DNA of 64,000 nucleotides from an uncultured Planctomycetia bacterium (GCA_964460615.1 CAYWPX010000001.1:188132-252131), one strand, 5' to 3'. Positions 8,248-18,336 are shown, numbered from the stretch's first letter. Made by a program: numbers and translations. Notes: generated by a model from the sequence alone, not told the origin.

Positions 8248-8507
8248 GTTTTTCTGCCTTTGTTAGATGCAGAAAAATAGAGCAATAGAAAATCGAAAAT
8301 TGAGATATTGAGAAACAAAATTTCTACACCAGTCCATTTTCGAATGTCGATTTTCAGTATTTGTTGTAATAACTGAAATATTAACGTGGCGCTGGCGCTA
8401 ATTATACCTAAAATTAGATTCCCGACAAAAGATTTCGGGAATGACATTTTAAAGACTATTGTTGTGCCTAGAATTAATTATACCTATTATGAAAAGTAGG
8501 TTGGCTT

Positions 8508-9977
8508 ATGATAAAATTTATACTTATTATGTTTTTTTCCTGCTTTTTTTTGTGTCCCTCCTATGCATTTGATGTAATAAAGCCTAACGTAGCAGGTTCT
8601 TTTTATCCGGATGATCCCGAGGAGCTTAAAAAAGTTGTTGATTCATACATTGATAGTGCCATCATTAGCCCTATGGGTGAAGATGTCAGGCTTCTCATAT
8701 CGCCTCATGCCGGTTATAAATATTCAGGAAGCGTAGCAGGGTATGCTTATAAAGCAATTAAAGGTAAGAAATACTCAACAGTTATTGTGATCGCTCCATC
8801 CCATAAACATAGTTTTGACGGTATATCCGTCTATACTAACGGGCTTTTTAAAACGCCTCTCGGTGAGTTGGTCGTTGATTCGGATGTAGCAGGCAAATTG
8901 ATTTCCTCTGATAAAAAGATTTTTTTTAAGCCCGAAGTATTTAAAGATGAGCACGCATTGGAGGTTGAACTCCCGTTTTTGCAGCGGTCATTGGACAATT
9001 TTAAAATTGTCCCGATTATTTTTGGTGAGCCCTCTATAGAAAACTGTAAAATCCTCGGGAGCGCTCTTACTGAAATCTTAAAAGACAAAAATGATTGCCT
9101 GGTAGTTGTCAGCACTGATATGTCGCACTATCATCCTTATGACAAAGCCAATGCTATGGACAATCTGACAATAGATAAGATCAGGTTAATGGATTATGGG
9201 GATCTGTATGACTCCGTTCTTAGAGGTGACTCAGAACTGTGCGGCTTTGCCGGCGTAATATCGGGGCTTATTTATTGTAAAAATATTGAGGCCCTTAAGT
9301 GTGTCATTCTTAAATACGCAAATTCCGGCGATACCAGCGGGGCTAAGAATGCAGTTGTGGGTTATTTTAGCGCAGTTTTCATAAAAGATAGAATTCCGGA
9401 GGCTAAGATGAATCGTGAAGAGTCTAATTTGACCAAAGAGCAGAGAAAAAGGCTTTTAGAGATTGCCAGGCTTTCCATGGAAAGCTACGTAAAAGACAGG
9501 ATGAAGCCGGATATAAAGGAAGAAGACCCCGCTCTTACTAAAGTTCAGGGGGCATTTGTTACTTTAAATGAAAATGGGCAGCTTAGAGGCTGTATAGGGA
9601 ATATTCAGGGAACGGAGCCTCTCTATAAAACTGTCTCCAATATGGCCGTTGAGGCAGCTACAGGGGATCCGCGCTTTATGCCTGTAACAGCCAAGGAACT
9701 TTCAAAGATACATATAGAAATATCCGTTCTTTCTCCCTTAAGAAAGATAGATAGCCCGGATGAGATAGTTATGGGTAAACACGGTGTCATAGTAAGGCGC
9801 GGATTTAATAGCGGGGTTTTTTTGCCTCAGGTTGCTACTGAGACAGGATGGTCGAAAGAAGAGTTTATGAATTGCCTGTGCTCCCAGAAAGCGTGCCTGC
9901 CTGAAAACGCGTGGAAAGATAAAGATACGAATCTATATGTATTTACCGCAGAAGTATTTGGAGAAGATGAAAAATGA
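8508..9977 (+). CDS. Fusion protein: AmmeMemoRadiSam system protein B (Memo-like) plus an AMMECR1 domain, with a predicted N-terminal signal peptide.
   Basis: 489 aa. The hydrophobic N-terminus is MIKFILIMFFSCFFLCPSYA. Memo-like region: AGSFYPDDPEEL, SPHAGYKYSG, VSTDMSHYH. AMMECR1 region (about 300-489): GAFVTLNENGQLRGCIGN...GDPRF. Confidence 0.75.
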   Translation: MIKFILIMFFSCFFLCPSYAFDVIKPNVAGSFYPDDPEELKKVVDSYIDSAIISPMGEDVRLLISPHAGYKYSGSVAGYAYKAIKGKKYSTVIVIAPSHKHSFDGISVYTNGLFKTPLGELVVDSDVAGKLISSDKKIFFKPEVFKDEHALEVELPFLQRSLDNFKIVPIIFGEPSIENCKILGSALTEILKDKNDCLVVVSTDMSHYHPYDKANAMDNLTIDKIRLMDYGDLYDSVLRGDSELCGFAGVISGLIYCKNIEALKCVILKYANSGDTSGAKNAVVGYFSAVFIKDRIPEAKMNREESNLTKEQRKRLLEIARLSMESYVKDRMKPDIKEEDPALTKVQGAFVTLNENGQLRGCIGNIQGTEPLYKTVSNMAVEAATGDPRFMPVTAKELSKIHIEISVLSPLRKIDSPDEIVMGKHGVIVRRGFNSGVFLPQVATETGWSKEEFMNCLCSQKACLPENAWKDKDTNLYVFTAEVFGEDEK

Positions 9978-10717
9978 GCAGATTCTATATTGACCCCGAT
10001 AGCGTCGTTGAAGACAGGATTTTTGTAAGGGGCGATGAGTTTCATCATATTGTTGATGTCATGAGGATAAAGAAAGGGGATCTGGTAAACGCTTTTGACG
10101 GGAAGGGTAATATCTATTCAGGCGTTATAGATTCTATTGCACTTAAGGAAGCTATAATCAGGATAAAAGAGCGCAAGTTCGTTGAATCCACAAAAACTGT
10201 TTCGATAGCTCTTATTCAGGCAATTCCCAAAAAAGATAAAATGGAAGATATCGTAGAAAAATGCACTGAACTTGGCATTGATGAGATAATGCCGGTAATT
10301 ACCGATAGGACTATAGTAAGATTTGATTTAGATAAAGCTACTTCAAAGCTTGATAGGTGGCGCAAGATCTCAAAGGAAGCATCCAAACAATGCGGGAGGG
10401 CAGATATAGTAGAGGTACTAAGTGTCTGTAAATATAAAGACGTTGTGCCGAAACTGAAAGAGTTTGATTTAGTGCTTATCCCGTGCCTTAGCGGCAAACG
10501 CGAAAAGATCGGGACTATCCTAGGAAATTTTAAGGGTACAAGGATTGCTTATCTGATCGGCCCTGAGGGGGATTTTACTGACGATGAAATTGAACTGGCC
10601 GGATCATTTAATGCTGTACCATGTGATTTGGGAGATAATGTGCTGAGAGTCGATACCGCTGCTATTATGACCTTAGCAATAATAAAATACGAACTTAATA
10701 GGGAGGTAAGATGGTAA
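9974..10717 (+). CDS. rsmE: 16S rRNA (uracil1498-N3)-methyltransferase RsmE.
   Basis: 247 aa. The N-terminal RFYIDPD...GDEFHHIVDVMRIKKGD and a C-terminal SPOUT fold (LIGPEGDFTDDEIE) are typical of RsmE. The gene overlaps its neighbours by ATGA and 7 nt. Confidence 0.85.
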   Translation: MSRFYIDPDSVVEDRIFVRGDEFHHIVDVMRIKKGDLVNAFDGKGNIYSGVIDSIALKEAIIRIKERKFVESTKTVSIALIQAIPKKDKMEDIVEKCTELGIDEIMPVITDRTIVRFDLDKATSKLDRWRKISKEASKQCGRADIVEVLSVCKYKDVVPKLKEFDLVLIPCLSGKREKIGTILGNFKGTRIAYLIGPEGDFTDDEIELAGSFNAVPCDLGDNVLRVDTAAIMTLAIIKYELNREVRW

Positions 10718-11457
10718 AAAAATACTTATTTTTTACGGTGGTTATTTTTTGTATTTTATTTGTCGAAGCGCAATTCGTGTTTGGAGATGTCCTTAAACTC
10801 AAAAACGGCGGCAGGATCGAAGGAGTTATTAAGGAAGATAACGACAAGATGGTCAAACTGAAAGTTAAGAACGGGGAGGTGATATTCACTCCGGCGGAAA
10901 TAGATGCAATAGTCAAATCAAGCGATAAGGAAAATGTTTCTTTAGAGAATTCATGGGCTATGGAAAATATCAAATCAGATGTCAAGGAGGCAGTTAGCGC
11001 TATTAGTGAGAGTAAAGATGCTGCTAATGTATCGGAAGGGTCCAAACCCGGTACGGCTACAATGGCCGATAAAGATCCCGGTGTTAAAAAAACTTCACCT
11101 CAAGCCCCTGAGCCCAAGTCCATTAGCTGGTCCAATGACTTGAGTTCCGGTTTAAATAAAGCTTCAAAGAATATGATGCCGGTGATGATAGATTTTTATA
11201 CGGACTGGTGTGGTTGGTGCAAGAAACTTGATTCTGATGTCTATGGAGATCCCAGGGTCATCAAGATAGCCAGTAAGTTTGTTTGTGTTAAGATAAATGG
11301 CGATACAAAGCGCGAGTTGGTCAGTAAATACGGCGTTGGCGGGTATCCGACAATAGTTTTCCTGAATTCTAAAGGAAAAGAGGTAGACAGAATACCCGGT
11401 TTTAGGCCGGCGGATGGATTTTTATCGACAATGCAGGAAGTTTTGGATAAAAAATGA
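10711..11457 (+). CDS. Secreted thioredoxin-fold protein with a CxxC active site.
   Basis: 248 aa with a signal peptide. The thioredoxin motif is FYTDWCGWCKKLD...GYPTIVFL. Confidence 0.7.
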   Translation: MVKKYLFFTVVIFCILFVEAQFVFGDVLKLKNGGRIEGVIKEDNDKMVKLKVKNGEVIFTPAEIDAIVKSSDKENVSLENSWAMENIKSDVKEAVSAISESKDAANVSEGSKPGTATMADKDPGVKKTSPQAPEPKSISWSNDLSSGLNKASKNMMPVMIDFYTDWCGWCKKLDSDVYGDPRVIKIASKFVCVKINGDTKRELVSKYGVGGYPTIVFLNSKGKEVDRIPGFRPADGFLSTMQEVLDKK

Positions 11458-12767
11458 TAGGATTGAAAGTTCAGTTTATTACGCTTGGCTGCAAGGTGAA
11501 TCAATATGAAACGGAAGCTATAAGAGAGTTACTTACTAGTGCTGGTTTTGAGGAAGTTAAGCGCGGCGAAAAGGCGGACGTATGCGTGATAAATACATGT
11601 ACGGTTACTAAGCATGCTGATACAGATTCCTTAAGCTATATAAGGAAGTCCCAAAGATTAAACCCTGAAGCTTTAATAGTGGTGACAGGGTGTCTCGCAG
11701 AAAAAGACAAAGAAACTATAGATGCCATACCTTTCAAAAAAGTAATACTTTCCAACCAGGATAAAGGTAAAATTTTAAATGTGATCAATGAGCACATCAA
11801 ATCCACGTTTTTAAAACTTCCGGCGTATAACCCTAAAGAAGAGCTCTCTATTTCCGATTTCCATGGCCGCTCAAAAGCTTTTATCAAAATTCAGGACGGA
11901 TGCAATAATTTTTGTTCCTATTGCAAGGTCCCCTACGTCCGGGGGAGGTCTAGAAGCCGGCAATTGGGTAATGTGGCGGATGAATTCAAGCGTCTTATAG
12001 ATAAAGGTTTTAAAGAGGTTATTTTTACCGGGATATGTCTTGGTGAGTGGGGAAAAGATCTTAGGATTCAGTCCGATATATCGGAACTGCTCAGCAATAT
12101 AATTAAGATCGAAGGAGATTACAGGATAAGGCTTAGTTCTATTGAGCCGAATAATGTCACTGATGGATTGATCGAAGCTATCAAATCATCTGAAAAAATA
12201 TGCAATCATCTGCATATTCCGTTACAGAGCGGCGATGATCTTATTCTAAAGAAAATGAACAGGAAATATACTTCGAATGATTATATAGAAATTATAGATA
12301 AGATTAGGCAGGCTAAACCGGACATAGCGATCACGACTGACTGTATAGTAGGGTTCCCCGGTGAAAGTGATGCTAACTTTAAGAATTCCCTGAAGGTTAT
12401 TGATGCGATCAAACCGTTAAAAGTGCATATATTCCCTTATAGCAATAGAAAATTGACTCTAGCCAGTAATTTTAAAGATACTGTTGAATCTAAGGTAATA
12501 AAGGAGAGGATCATGGTCTTCAAAAATATAGCTGATAAGCTCTCTTTTGATTATAGGCTAAAATTTTTCGGTAAAACTTTGGAAGTTCTGATTGAAACCC
12601 GAAATAAGTCCTTTCAGAGTAATGAGTTGAAGGAATTTATCGGTTATTCTGATAATTATATAAGTACTTTTATATTAAGCAATACCGATCTTAAGATCGG
12701 TTCTATAGTAAAAGCCGAGATGAGGGGTATTTATGGCGATCTTAGTTTAGGGCTAGTTAGTTCTTAA
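11454..12767 (+). CDS. mtaB: MiaB-like radical SAM tRNA methylthiotransferase (MtaB family).
   Basis: 437 aa. N-terminal MTTase domain FITLGCKVNQYETE, radical SAM CxxxCxxC (CNNFCSYCKVP), and a C-terminal TRAM-like region. Confidence 0.75.
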   Translation: MIGLKVQFITLGCKVNQYETEAIRELLTSAGFEEVKRGEKADVCVINTCTVTKHADTDSLSYIRKSQRLNPEALIVVTGCLAEKDKETIDAIPFKKVILSNQDKGKILNVINEHIKSTFLKLPAYNPKEELSISDFHGRSKAFIKIQDGCNNFCSYCKVPYVRGRSRSRQLGNVADEFKRLIDKGFKEVIFTGICLGEWGKDLRIQSDISELLSNIIKIEGDYRIRLSSIEPNNVTDGLIEAIKSSEKICNHLHIPLQSGDDLILKKMNRKYTSNDYIEIIDKIRQAKPDIAITTDCIVGFPGESDANFKNSLKVIDAIKPLKVHIFPYSNRKLTLASNFKDTVESKVIKERIMVFKNIADKLSFDYRLKFFGKTLEVLIETRNKSFQSNELKEFIGYSDNYISTFILSNTDLKIGSIVKAEMRGIYGDLSLGLVSS

Positions 12768-12780
12768 TCCCTGTCCCACC

Positions 12781-12809
12781 TTGACAAATGAACTAATTTA
12801 TGGTATATT
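12781..12809 (+). promoter_or_regulatory. Sigma-70-type promoter upstream of cvpA.
   Basis: TTGACA, a 17-nt spacer, then an extended -10 TGGTATATT. It lies about 100 nt upstream of the CDS. Confidence 0.5.
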
Positions 12810-12912
12810 TACATTTCTAAACTATGTCTAAAACTTGATTTAGTAGACAATTTTTTGCAAGTTTCGCAAAAAAGTTGTTTAGAATGTCTTTTGTCTTGCG
12901 AAGGAGGCTCAT

Positions 12913-13506
12913 TTGGCAGATATTTTTGCAAAGATTAATTGGGTAGATGCTTTAGTTGTAATTCTTTTGATCAGAGGTACTTATGTAGGTTCTAGTACTG
13001 GTTTTATTTGGGGATTTTTTAAGGTATTTGGAATTAGCGTAGTTTCGATTTTAGCTATTCAGAATTATACGGTCCTATCAGAGTATATTTCATATTATAC
13101 CCCTCTTTCAATTAAAATCGCAGAATTTATCAGCTTTGTCGCAATTACAGTTATAGGAATTTTTGTTTTCTATGTAATAAGGGTGCTTTTGCATAAGCTA
13201 CTGAAGATAGAATTTGTAAAAGTGATTGAGAAGCCGGGAGGAGTTGTTATGGGTTTTGTATTCTCCTGTATTTTCATAAGTATGATCCTGATAAATATGG
13301 TGCTGATGCCGATATCTTATATAGGCAAATCCATAACCGAACGTTCTTTGGTAGGAGATCCATTTTTACGGATAGCGCCTCAGCTGTATAATACTGTAAT
13401 GAGTTTTTATCCGGATATTAATAGGATAGATACGGCAAGGCTCACTGATCCGGTGTATCCGGAAGATATACAAAAAAAACCTCAAGGAGATAAAGATGCT
13501 TTTTAA
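12913..13506 (+). CDS. cvpA: CvpA family membrane protein (colicin V production protein-like).
   Basis: 197 aa with four predicted TM helices. The N-terminal NWVDALVVILLI...G...GF motif is typical of CvpA. Confidence 0.6.
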   Translation: MADIFAKINWVDALVVILLIRGTYVGSSTGFIWGFFKVFGISVVSILAIQNYTVLSEYISYYTPLSIKIAEFISFVAITVIGIFVFYVIRVLLHKLLKIEFVKVIEKPGGVVMGFVFSCIFISMILINMVLMPISYIGKSITERSLVGDPFLRIAPQLYNTVMSFYPDINRIDTARLTDPVYPEDIQKKPQGDKDAF

Positions 13507-14452
13507 AGATATATATGAGATTGCAGTAAAGAAGGGTATGGAAAAGGACCCAAGGACAAAACAGGAGCTAAAGGATGCGCTTATTAAGGTAAAAAAGCAA
13601 TATAACAAATTGTCCAAGTCTGATAAGGCGCTTTTTGATAAAGAAAAACTTAGACATCCTTTTGATGATACCAGGATCCTTTACGGGGATGTTAATACTG
13701 ATGTTAAAAGCATATTAGTAGGCGTTGATATGGAGGTCGGAGAGCTTTTGGTTGCCGATAGACTCAGGGAAAAAGGCGTTGAAGTTGATCTTGTGATTGC
13801 GCATCATCCTGAGGGTAAGGCTTTGGCTAATTTTTATAATGTCATGAATGTCCAGTCTAATATCCTAAATAAGATGGGGCTCAAAAAAGAGATCGCAGAA
13901 GAATTGCTAAAAGAGAGGCTCCAGGAAGTCGAGAGGAATATTTCAGGTATTAATCATACCAGAGCAGTCGATGTAGCCAGATTATTGGATATCCCGTTCA
14001 TGTGTATTCATACGCCCGCTGATAACCATGTTACAAAATATTTACAGAATATATTGGATTTAAAGAAACCGAAGACCCTGAAGGACGTTCTAAATATCCT
14101 TAAGCAGGTTCCTGAATACAAAGACTCTTCCGGCAAAAATGCCCCTCCGCATATTCTTATCGGGGATGAGAAAAAGAAAGCCGGTAAGGTTTTGGTTGAT
14201 ATGACCGGCGGGACAGAAGGCTCAAAAAAGGTTTTTAGCCGTTTATCTCAGGCCGGAGTTGATACATTGGTCTGCATGCATCTGAGTGAAGAACATTATA
14301 AGCTTGCTAAACAGGAATATATAAATGTCATTATTGCCGGACATATTTCCAGCGATAATATAGGTTTAAATTTGGTTATTGACGAGTTGATAAAGAAAGA
14401 TAAAGAGATCAAGATCATTCCTTGCTCGGGATTCGTCAGGATTAAAAGGTAA
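13496..14452 (+). CDS. Nif3-like dinuclear metal centre protein (GTP cyclohydrolase 1 type 2 homolog).
   Basis: 318 aa. Conserved ILVGVD, VDLVIAHHPEG and a C-terminal MHLSEEHY metal-binding pattern. It overlaps the dnaG start by 1 nt. Confidence 0.85.
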   Translation: MLFKDIYEIAVKKGMEKDPRTKQELKDALIKVKKQYNKLSKSDKALFDKEKLRHPFDDTRILYGDVNTDVKSILVGVDMEVGELLVADRLREKGVEVDLVIAHHPEGKALANFYNVMNVQSNILNKMGLKKEIAEELLKERLQEVERNISGINHTRAVDVARLLDIPFMCIHTPADNHVTKYLQNILDLKKPKTLKDVLNILKQVPEYKDSSGKNAPPHILIGDEKKKAGKVLVDMTGGTEGSKKVFSRLSQAGVDTLVCMHLSEEHYKLAKQEYINVIIAGHISSDNIGLNLVIDELIKKDKEIKIIPCSGFVRIKR

Positions 14453-16215
14453 TGGCTAATACTATACCAGATTCAATTGTTAACGAGATTCGCGATAAGG
14501 TAGATATTGCCGAGGTAATTTCTGGTTATATACCTCTTAAAAGAGCCGGCAGGAACTTCAAGGCAAACTGTCCTTTCCATCACGAAAAAACCCCGTCTTT
14601 TATGGTAAACCCCGATAAGCAGATATATCATTGTTTCGGTTGCGGGGAAGGCGGGAATGTTTTTACCTTTATAATGAAGCAGGAGCGGATGGAGTTTCCT
14701 GAGGTTGTAAGGATGCTTGCTGAAAAGACAGGAGTTGTTATTCCTGAAAGTACAAAAGAATCAAGGGAGAAGGCCGGAATAGCCGAACAGATCTACAAGG
14801 TTAACAGTGACGCTCTCTTATTTTTTCACGGGAATCTTTTAAAAAATCCTGAAGCTCTCGGATATTTAAGAAAAAGAGGAATTAGCGACAAATCTATCAG
14901 TGAATTTAAGATCGGGCTTTCATTAAATAGCTGGGACGCTTTGTTGAATTTTTTGAGAACAAAAGGTTATGATGAATCCATTATTAGCCAGGCCGGTCTA
15001 ATATTATCCAAGGAAGGCAGCAGGTCCTACTACGACAGGTTCAGGCAAAGGATAATGTTCCCGGTTTTTGACATAAGAAATAATGTGATAGGTTTTGGCG
15101 GAAGGGTCCTTGATAACACTCAGGAACCCAAGTATCTTAATACTCCTGAAACGCCCGTATATCTTAAAGGCAAGAATCTCTATGGATTGAATTTCAGCAA
15201 GGGTTTTATTAGGGATATGGATTCTGCAATTTTGGTAGAAGGGTATCTTGATTTTATCACTCCGTTTCAATTCGGTATAAAAAATATCATTGCTTCTTGC
15301 GGTACCGCGCTAACAAGCGACCATGTAAGATTGGTGAGGAGATTTAGCGAAAATATTATTGTTGTTTATGACCCTGACAAAGCCGGAGAGCTGGCGACAT
15401 TGAGAAGCCTTGACATATTAGTTTCTGAGGGTGTCAACGTAAAAGTTGTTCGTTTACCCGAAGGCTTCGATCCCGATACATTTGTCAAAGAGAACGGCCC
15501 GGATGTATTTAACGATCTTACAAAAAATGCGAAAGGCCTTTTTGACTATAAATTGGGAGTTCTTTATACGAAATTTGATAAGTCCAAGCCGGAAGACAAG
15601 ATAAAGATTATAAATGAAATGCTTCCGACTATTACTAAGATCACAAATGAAATTTTGAAGTCTGAATATCTTAAAAGGCTGGCGCAGAGTTTAAATATTG
15701 AAGAATCAATGCTTGTTAAAGAGATGAAGAAGACAAAGCGTGATTATGAGTTTATCCCTGAAAAGAAAAATATAGAAAAGAAAGTTTTTGTAATAAATCC
15801 AGTTGAGAAACACCTTCTAAGTCTGATGTTTGAAGATTCTAAGTTTATTGAAAGAGCTAAATCTGAGTTATCGCTGGATGATTTTGATGATTTAGAGGTT
15901 AAAAAAATAATAAGTTTCATGTTCAATTATAAATTTGAATATAGTAATCTTAAAGCGGACAATCTGATAAATCATTTTAAAGATGAAGATGCTGCAAATA
16001 TTATTGCTGAGATCGCATCTAGTGAAATCCCTCACAGCGATAAAGAGAAATGTTTTAACAATTATATTCAAAGGATTAAAGAAAAATCCTTAAATAGAAT
16101 AAGTGACAAAATTAGACTCGAATTAAAAGAAGCCGAAGATCGTGGCGATCAAGATACTGTTAATAAGCTTTATGCCGAAGTATGTGCTATACAACGTAAG
16201 CTCAAAGCTATATAA
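14452..16215 (+). CDS. dnaG: DNA primase DnaG.
   Basis: 587 aa. CHC2 zinc finger CPFHHEKTPSFMV...YHCFGCGEGGN, TOPRIM domain (EGYLDF...VYDPDKAG). Confidence 0.9.
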   Translation: MANTIPDSIVNEIRDKVDIAEVISGYIPLKRAGRNFKANCPFHHEKTPSFMVNPDKQIYHCFGCGEGGNVFTFIMKQERMEFPEVVRMLAEKTGVVIPESTKESREKAGIAEQIYKVNSDALLFFHGNLLKNPEALGYLRKRGISDKSISEFKIGLSLNSWDALLNFLRTKGYDESIISQAGLILSKEGSRSYYDRFRQRIMFPVFDIRNNVIGFGGRVLDNTQEPKYLNTPETPVYLKGKNLYGLNFSKGFIRDMDSAILVEGYLDFITPFQFGIKNIIASCGTALTSDHVRLVRRFSENIIVVYDPDKAGELATLRSLDILVSEGVNVKVVRLPEGFDPDTFVKENGPDVFNDLTKNAKGLFDYKLGVLYTKFDKSKPEDKIKIINEMLPTITKITNEILKSEYLKRLAQSLNIEESMLVKEMKKTKRDYEFIPEKKNIEKKVFVINPVEKHLLSLMFEDSKFIERAKSELSLDDFDDLEVKKIISFMFNYKFEYSNLKADNLINHFKDEDAANIIAEIASSEIPHSDKEKCFNNYIQRIKEKSLNRISDKIRLELKEAEDRGDQDTVNKLYAEVCAIQRKLKAI

Positions 16216-16238
16216 AAACTTGAAGAGAGGTAATTTGC

Positions 16239-17921
16239 GTGAAGAAAAATAAAACATCTAAGCGAAAAGACGAAGACATGAAGAAGGGGTGGAGCGCCGA
16301 AGCGGGCGCAGATTATAAAGCTTCCAAGAAAGAAAAAGAAGAAGAAGCTGAAGAAGCCCATGATTCAAAAAAAGAGATAAAAGGTTTAAAAGAATTAGTC
16401 GCTCTGGGTAAAGAGAAGGGCCATTTAACCTATGAGGAGCTGAATAACCTTCTTCCCCACAATATAACCTCCTCTGAGGATATTGACGAAGTATTGACTG
16501 TTTTGGATGATGAAAAAATTGAGATAGTCGATAACGTAGAAGAGGAGCCCAAAGAGCAGGAAGAGCTTACTGAGGAAGAGAAAAAAGATCAGATGAAGGC
16601 TGCGGAGGCCGAAGAGACTCATCGCTATACTCAGCTTGATGATCCCGTAAAAATGTATCTTAGGCAGATGGGGCAGGTTCCGCTGCTTTCCCGCGAAGAG
16701 GAGCTTAAGCTTGCCAAACGAATTGAAATAGTAGAGAATACCTTCAGAAGATCCGTTTTAGAATGCAAGGTTTCTAAAAAAGAAGTTTTAGACCTGATAA
16801 ATGAGATATTTTCAAAAAAATTGAATATCGAGGAATATCTCAATGTCGATATAAAGGTTTCAAAAGCTAAATTTATCAGAAACCTCTCTAACCTTACTAA
16901 GAAGCTCAGGACTGCAAAGAAATCTGAAAAAATACTGGAAATTCTGCTTAAATTCAACCTCGCTCCGAATATTGTGGAAGAAATCTTTAATAAGATAAAA
17001 CAAAAGATTACGGATATTGAGCAGATAGACCGCGATATCGAAATAATGCGCAGAAAAAAAGTCCGTGGAGGGATTGAGAAACTTCTGAGGAAGAAAAGAA
17101 AAATAGAATTGGAATTTGGCGAATCTTATGATAAGATAAAAGAACGAATAAAAGCAGTAAAGCTTAAAGAATCAAAATTTACTAAGGCAAAGCGAGAATT
17201 AGTTTCAGCGAACCTTAGGCTTGTCGTTAGTATTGCCAAAAAATATACAAACCGTGGCCTCTCCTTTTTAGATCTTATCCAAGAAGGAAATATTGGTTTA
17301 ATGAAGGCTGTAGATAAGTTTGAATACAGGCGCGGTTATAAATTTAGTACTTATGCAACCTGGTGGATAAGGCAGGCAATTACCCGTTCTATCGCAGATC
17401 AATCAAGAACTATCAGGATACCCGTCCATATGACGGAGACCATTAACAAACTCATAAGGGTATCCAGGATGCTTGTTCAGGAAAATGGCAAAGAGCCTAG
17501 TCCCGAAGAAATAGCTTATGAGATGAAGATGCCGGTGGATAAGGTGCGGGGGATTCTAAAAATTGCCCAAGAGCCTATATCCTTACAGACTCCTATTGGC
17601 GATGAAGGTGATACGAAATTCGGGGATTTCATTGAAGATAAAAGAGCCGTTTCTCCTGCAAATGCTACCGCATATACAATGCTTAAAGAGCAGATGGATG
17701 ATATCCTTTCTACCTTGACTGAAAGAGAGAGAAAGGTTTTAAGGTTTAGATTCGGTATCGGTGATGGTTACCCGAGAACCCTTGAAGAGGTCGGAAGTAT
17801 ATTTAAGGTTACTAGAGAGCGCATAAGGCAGATCGAAGCCAAGGCACTTAGGAAGCTTAGGCATCCGACCAGAAGCAAGAAATTGAAAAATTTTCTCTCG
17901 CTTGGTTTTAGCGAGTTCTAA
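16239..17921 (+). CDS. rpoD: RNA polymerase sigma factor RpoD (sigma-70).
   Basis: 560 aa. Acidic region 1.1, region 2 ([43 protein letters not shown]), and region 4 ([29 protein letters not shown]). dnaG then rpoD is the conserved operon arrangement. Confidence 0.95.
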   Translation: MKKNKTSKRKDEDMKKGWSAEAGADYKASKKEKEEEAEEAHDSKKEIKGLKELVALGKEKGHLTYEELNNLLPHNITSSEDIDEVLTVLDDEKIEIVDNVEEEPKEQEELTEEEKKDQMKAAEAEETHRYTQLDDPVKMYLRQMGQVPLLSREEELKLAKRIEIVENTFRRSVLECKVSKKEVLDLINEIFSKKLNIEEYLNVDIKVSKAKFIRNLSNLTKKLRTAKKSEKILEILLKFNLAPNIVEEIFNKIKQKITDIEQIDRDIEIMRRKKVRGGIEKLLRKKRKIELEFGESYDKIKERIKAVKLKESKFTKAKRELVSANLRLVVSIAKKYTNRGLSFLDLIQEGNIGLMKAVDKFEYRRGYKFSTYATWWIRQAITRSIADQSRTIRIPVHMTETINKLIRVSRMLVQENGKEPSPEEIAYEMKMPVDKVRGILKIAQEPISLQTPIGDEGDTKFGDFIEDKRAVSPANATAYTMLKEQMDDILSTLTERERKVLRFRFGIGDGYPRTLEEVGSIFKVTRERIRQIEAKALRKLRHPTRSKKLKNFLSLGFSEF

Positions 17922-17961
17922 TCGAGTTTTATCCATCCTGATGGATGAATAAAATGAGATT

Positions 17962-18048
17962 GTCCCGCTGAATGTCGATAAAATATTACCACTTGGAAAT
18001 TCATAGAATTTCCAGGGAAGATTTTTTCGATATCTTATGAAGCGGGAT
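17962..18048. repeat. Structured intergenic palindromic element, copy C. Different outer arms carry the same core palindrome as copy A.
   Basis: Outer arms gtcccgctgaatgtcgataaaat / attttttcgatatcttatgaagcgggat. Core cttggaaattcatagaatttccagg at 17992-18016, which matches the A core at 4948-4970 at 19 of 23 positions. An additional hairpin at 17925-17955 directly follows the rpoD stop codon. Confidence 0.6.
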
Positions 18049-18066
18049 AAATACAATATATTTTTC

Positions 18067-18143
18067 GGGCCCGTAGCTCAGTTGGTTAGAGCAGCTGACT
18101 CATAATCAGCGGGTCCTAGGTTCAAGTCCTAGCGGGCCCACCA
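18067..18143 (+). tRNA. tRNA-Met (anticodon CAT). Elongator type; a tRNA-Ile2(CAU, lysidine) assignment is not excluded.
   Basis: 77-nt cloverleaf GGGCCCG...CGGGCCC-A-CCA with anticodon loop CTCATAA. It lacks the initiator signatures (no three G:C pairs in the anticodon stem; the 1:72 pair is G:C). Confidence 0.85.
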
Positions 18144-18223
18144 ACAAAATTGTTTTAAGTCGTAAGTTTTAAGCTGTAAGAATAATCCCAAGGCTTACTA
18201 CTTATAACTTAAAACTGTTTTGA

Positions 18224-18300
18224 GGGCGGTTAGCTCAGCTGGTTAGAGCGTTGCGTTCACATCGCAAAGGTCGCCCGTTCGATCCGGGCACCGCCCACCA
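18224..18300 (+). tRNA. tRNA-Val (anticodon CAC).
   Basis: 77-nt cloverleaf GGGCGGT...ACCGCCC-A-CCA. Anticodon stem TTGCG/CGCAA, loop TTCACAT. Confidence 0.9.
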
Positions 18301-18336
18301 AGATAAAATTTGTAAAAAAGAATTAGGATAAATAAA

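Noticed and set aside
7881-8447. 188-aa minus-strand ORF spanning the tRNA-Ala gene, its partial copy and the hairpin cluster.
   Set aside because: Its translation contains the same peptide twice (GGDGEDRTPGPHVANVVLSQLS). This is just the reverse-complement tRNA repeat read as protein. It has no Shine-Dalgarno and it covers a structured RNA.DNA region.
17925-17955. Hairpin ttttatccatc-ctg-atggatgaataaaa directly after rpoD, considered as an intrinsic terminator.
   Set aside because: The stem is imperfect and no T-run follows. I kept it as part of the repeat element C region rather than calling a terminator.
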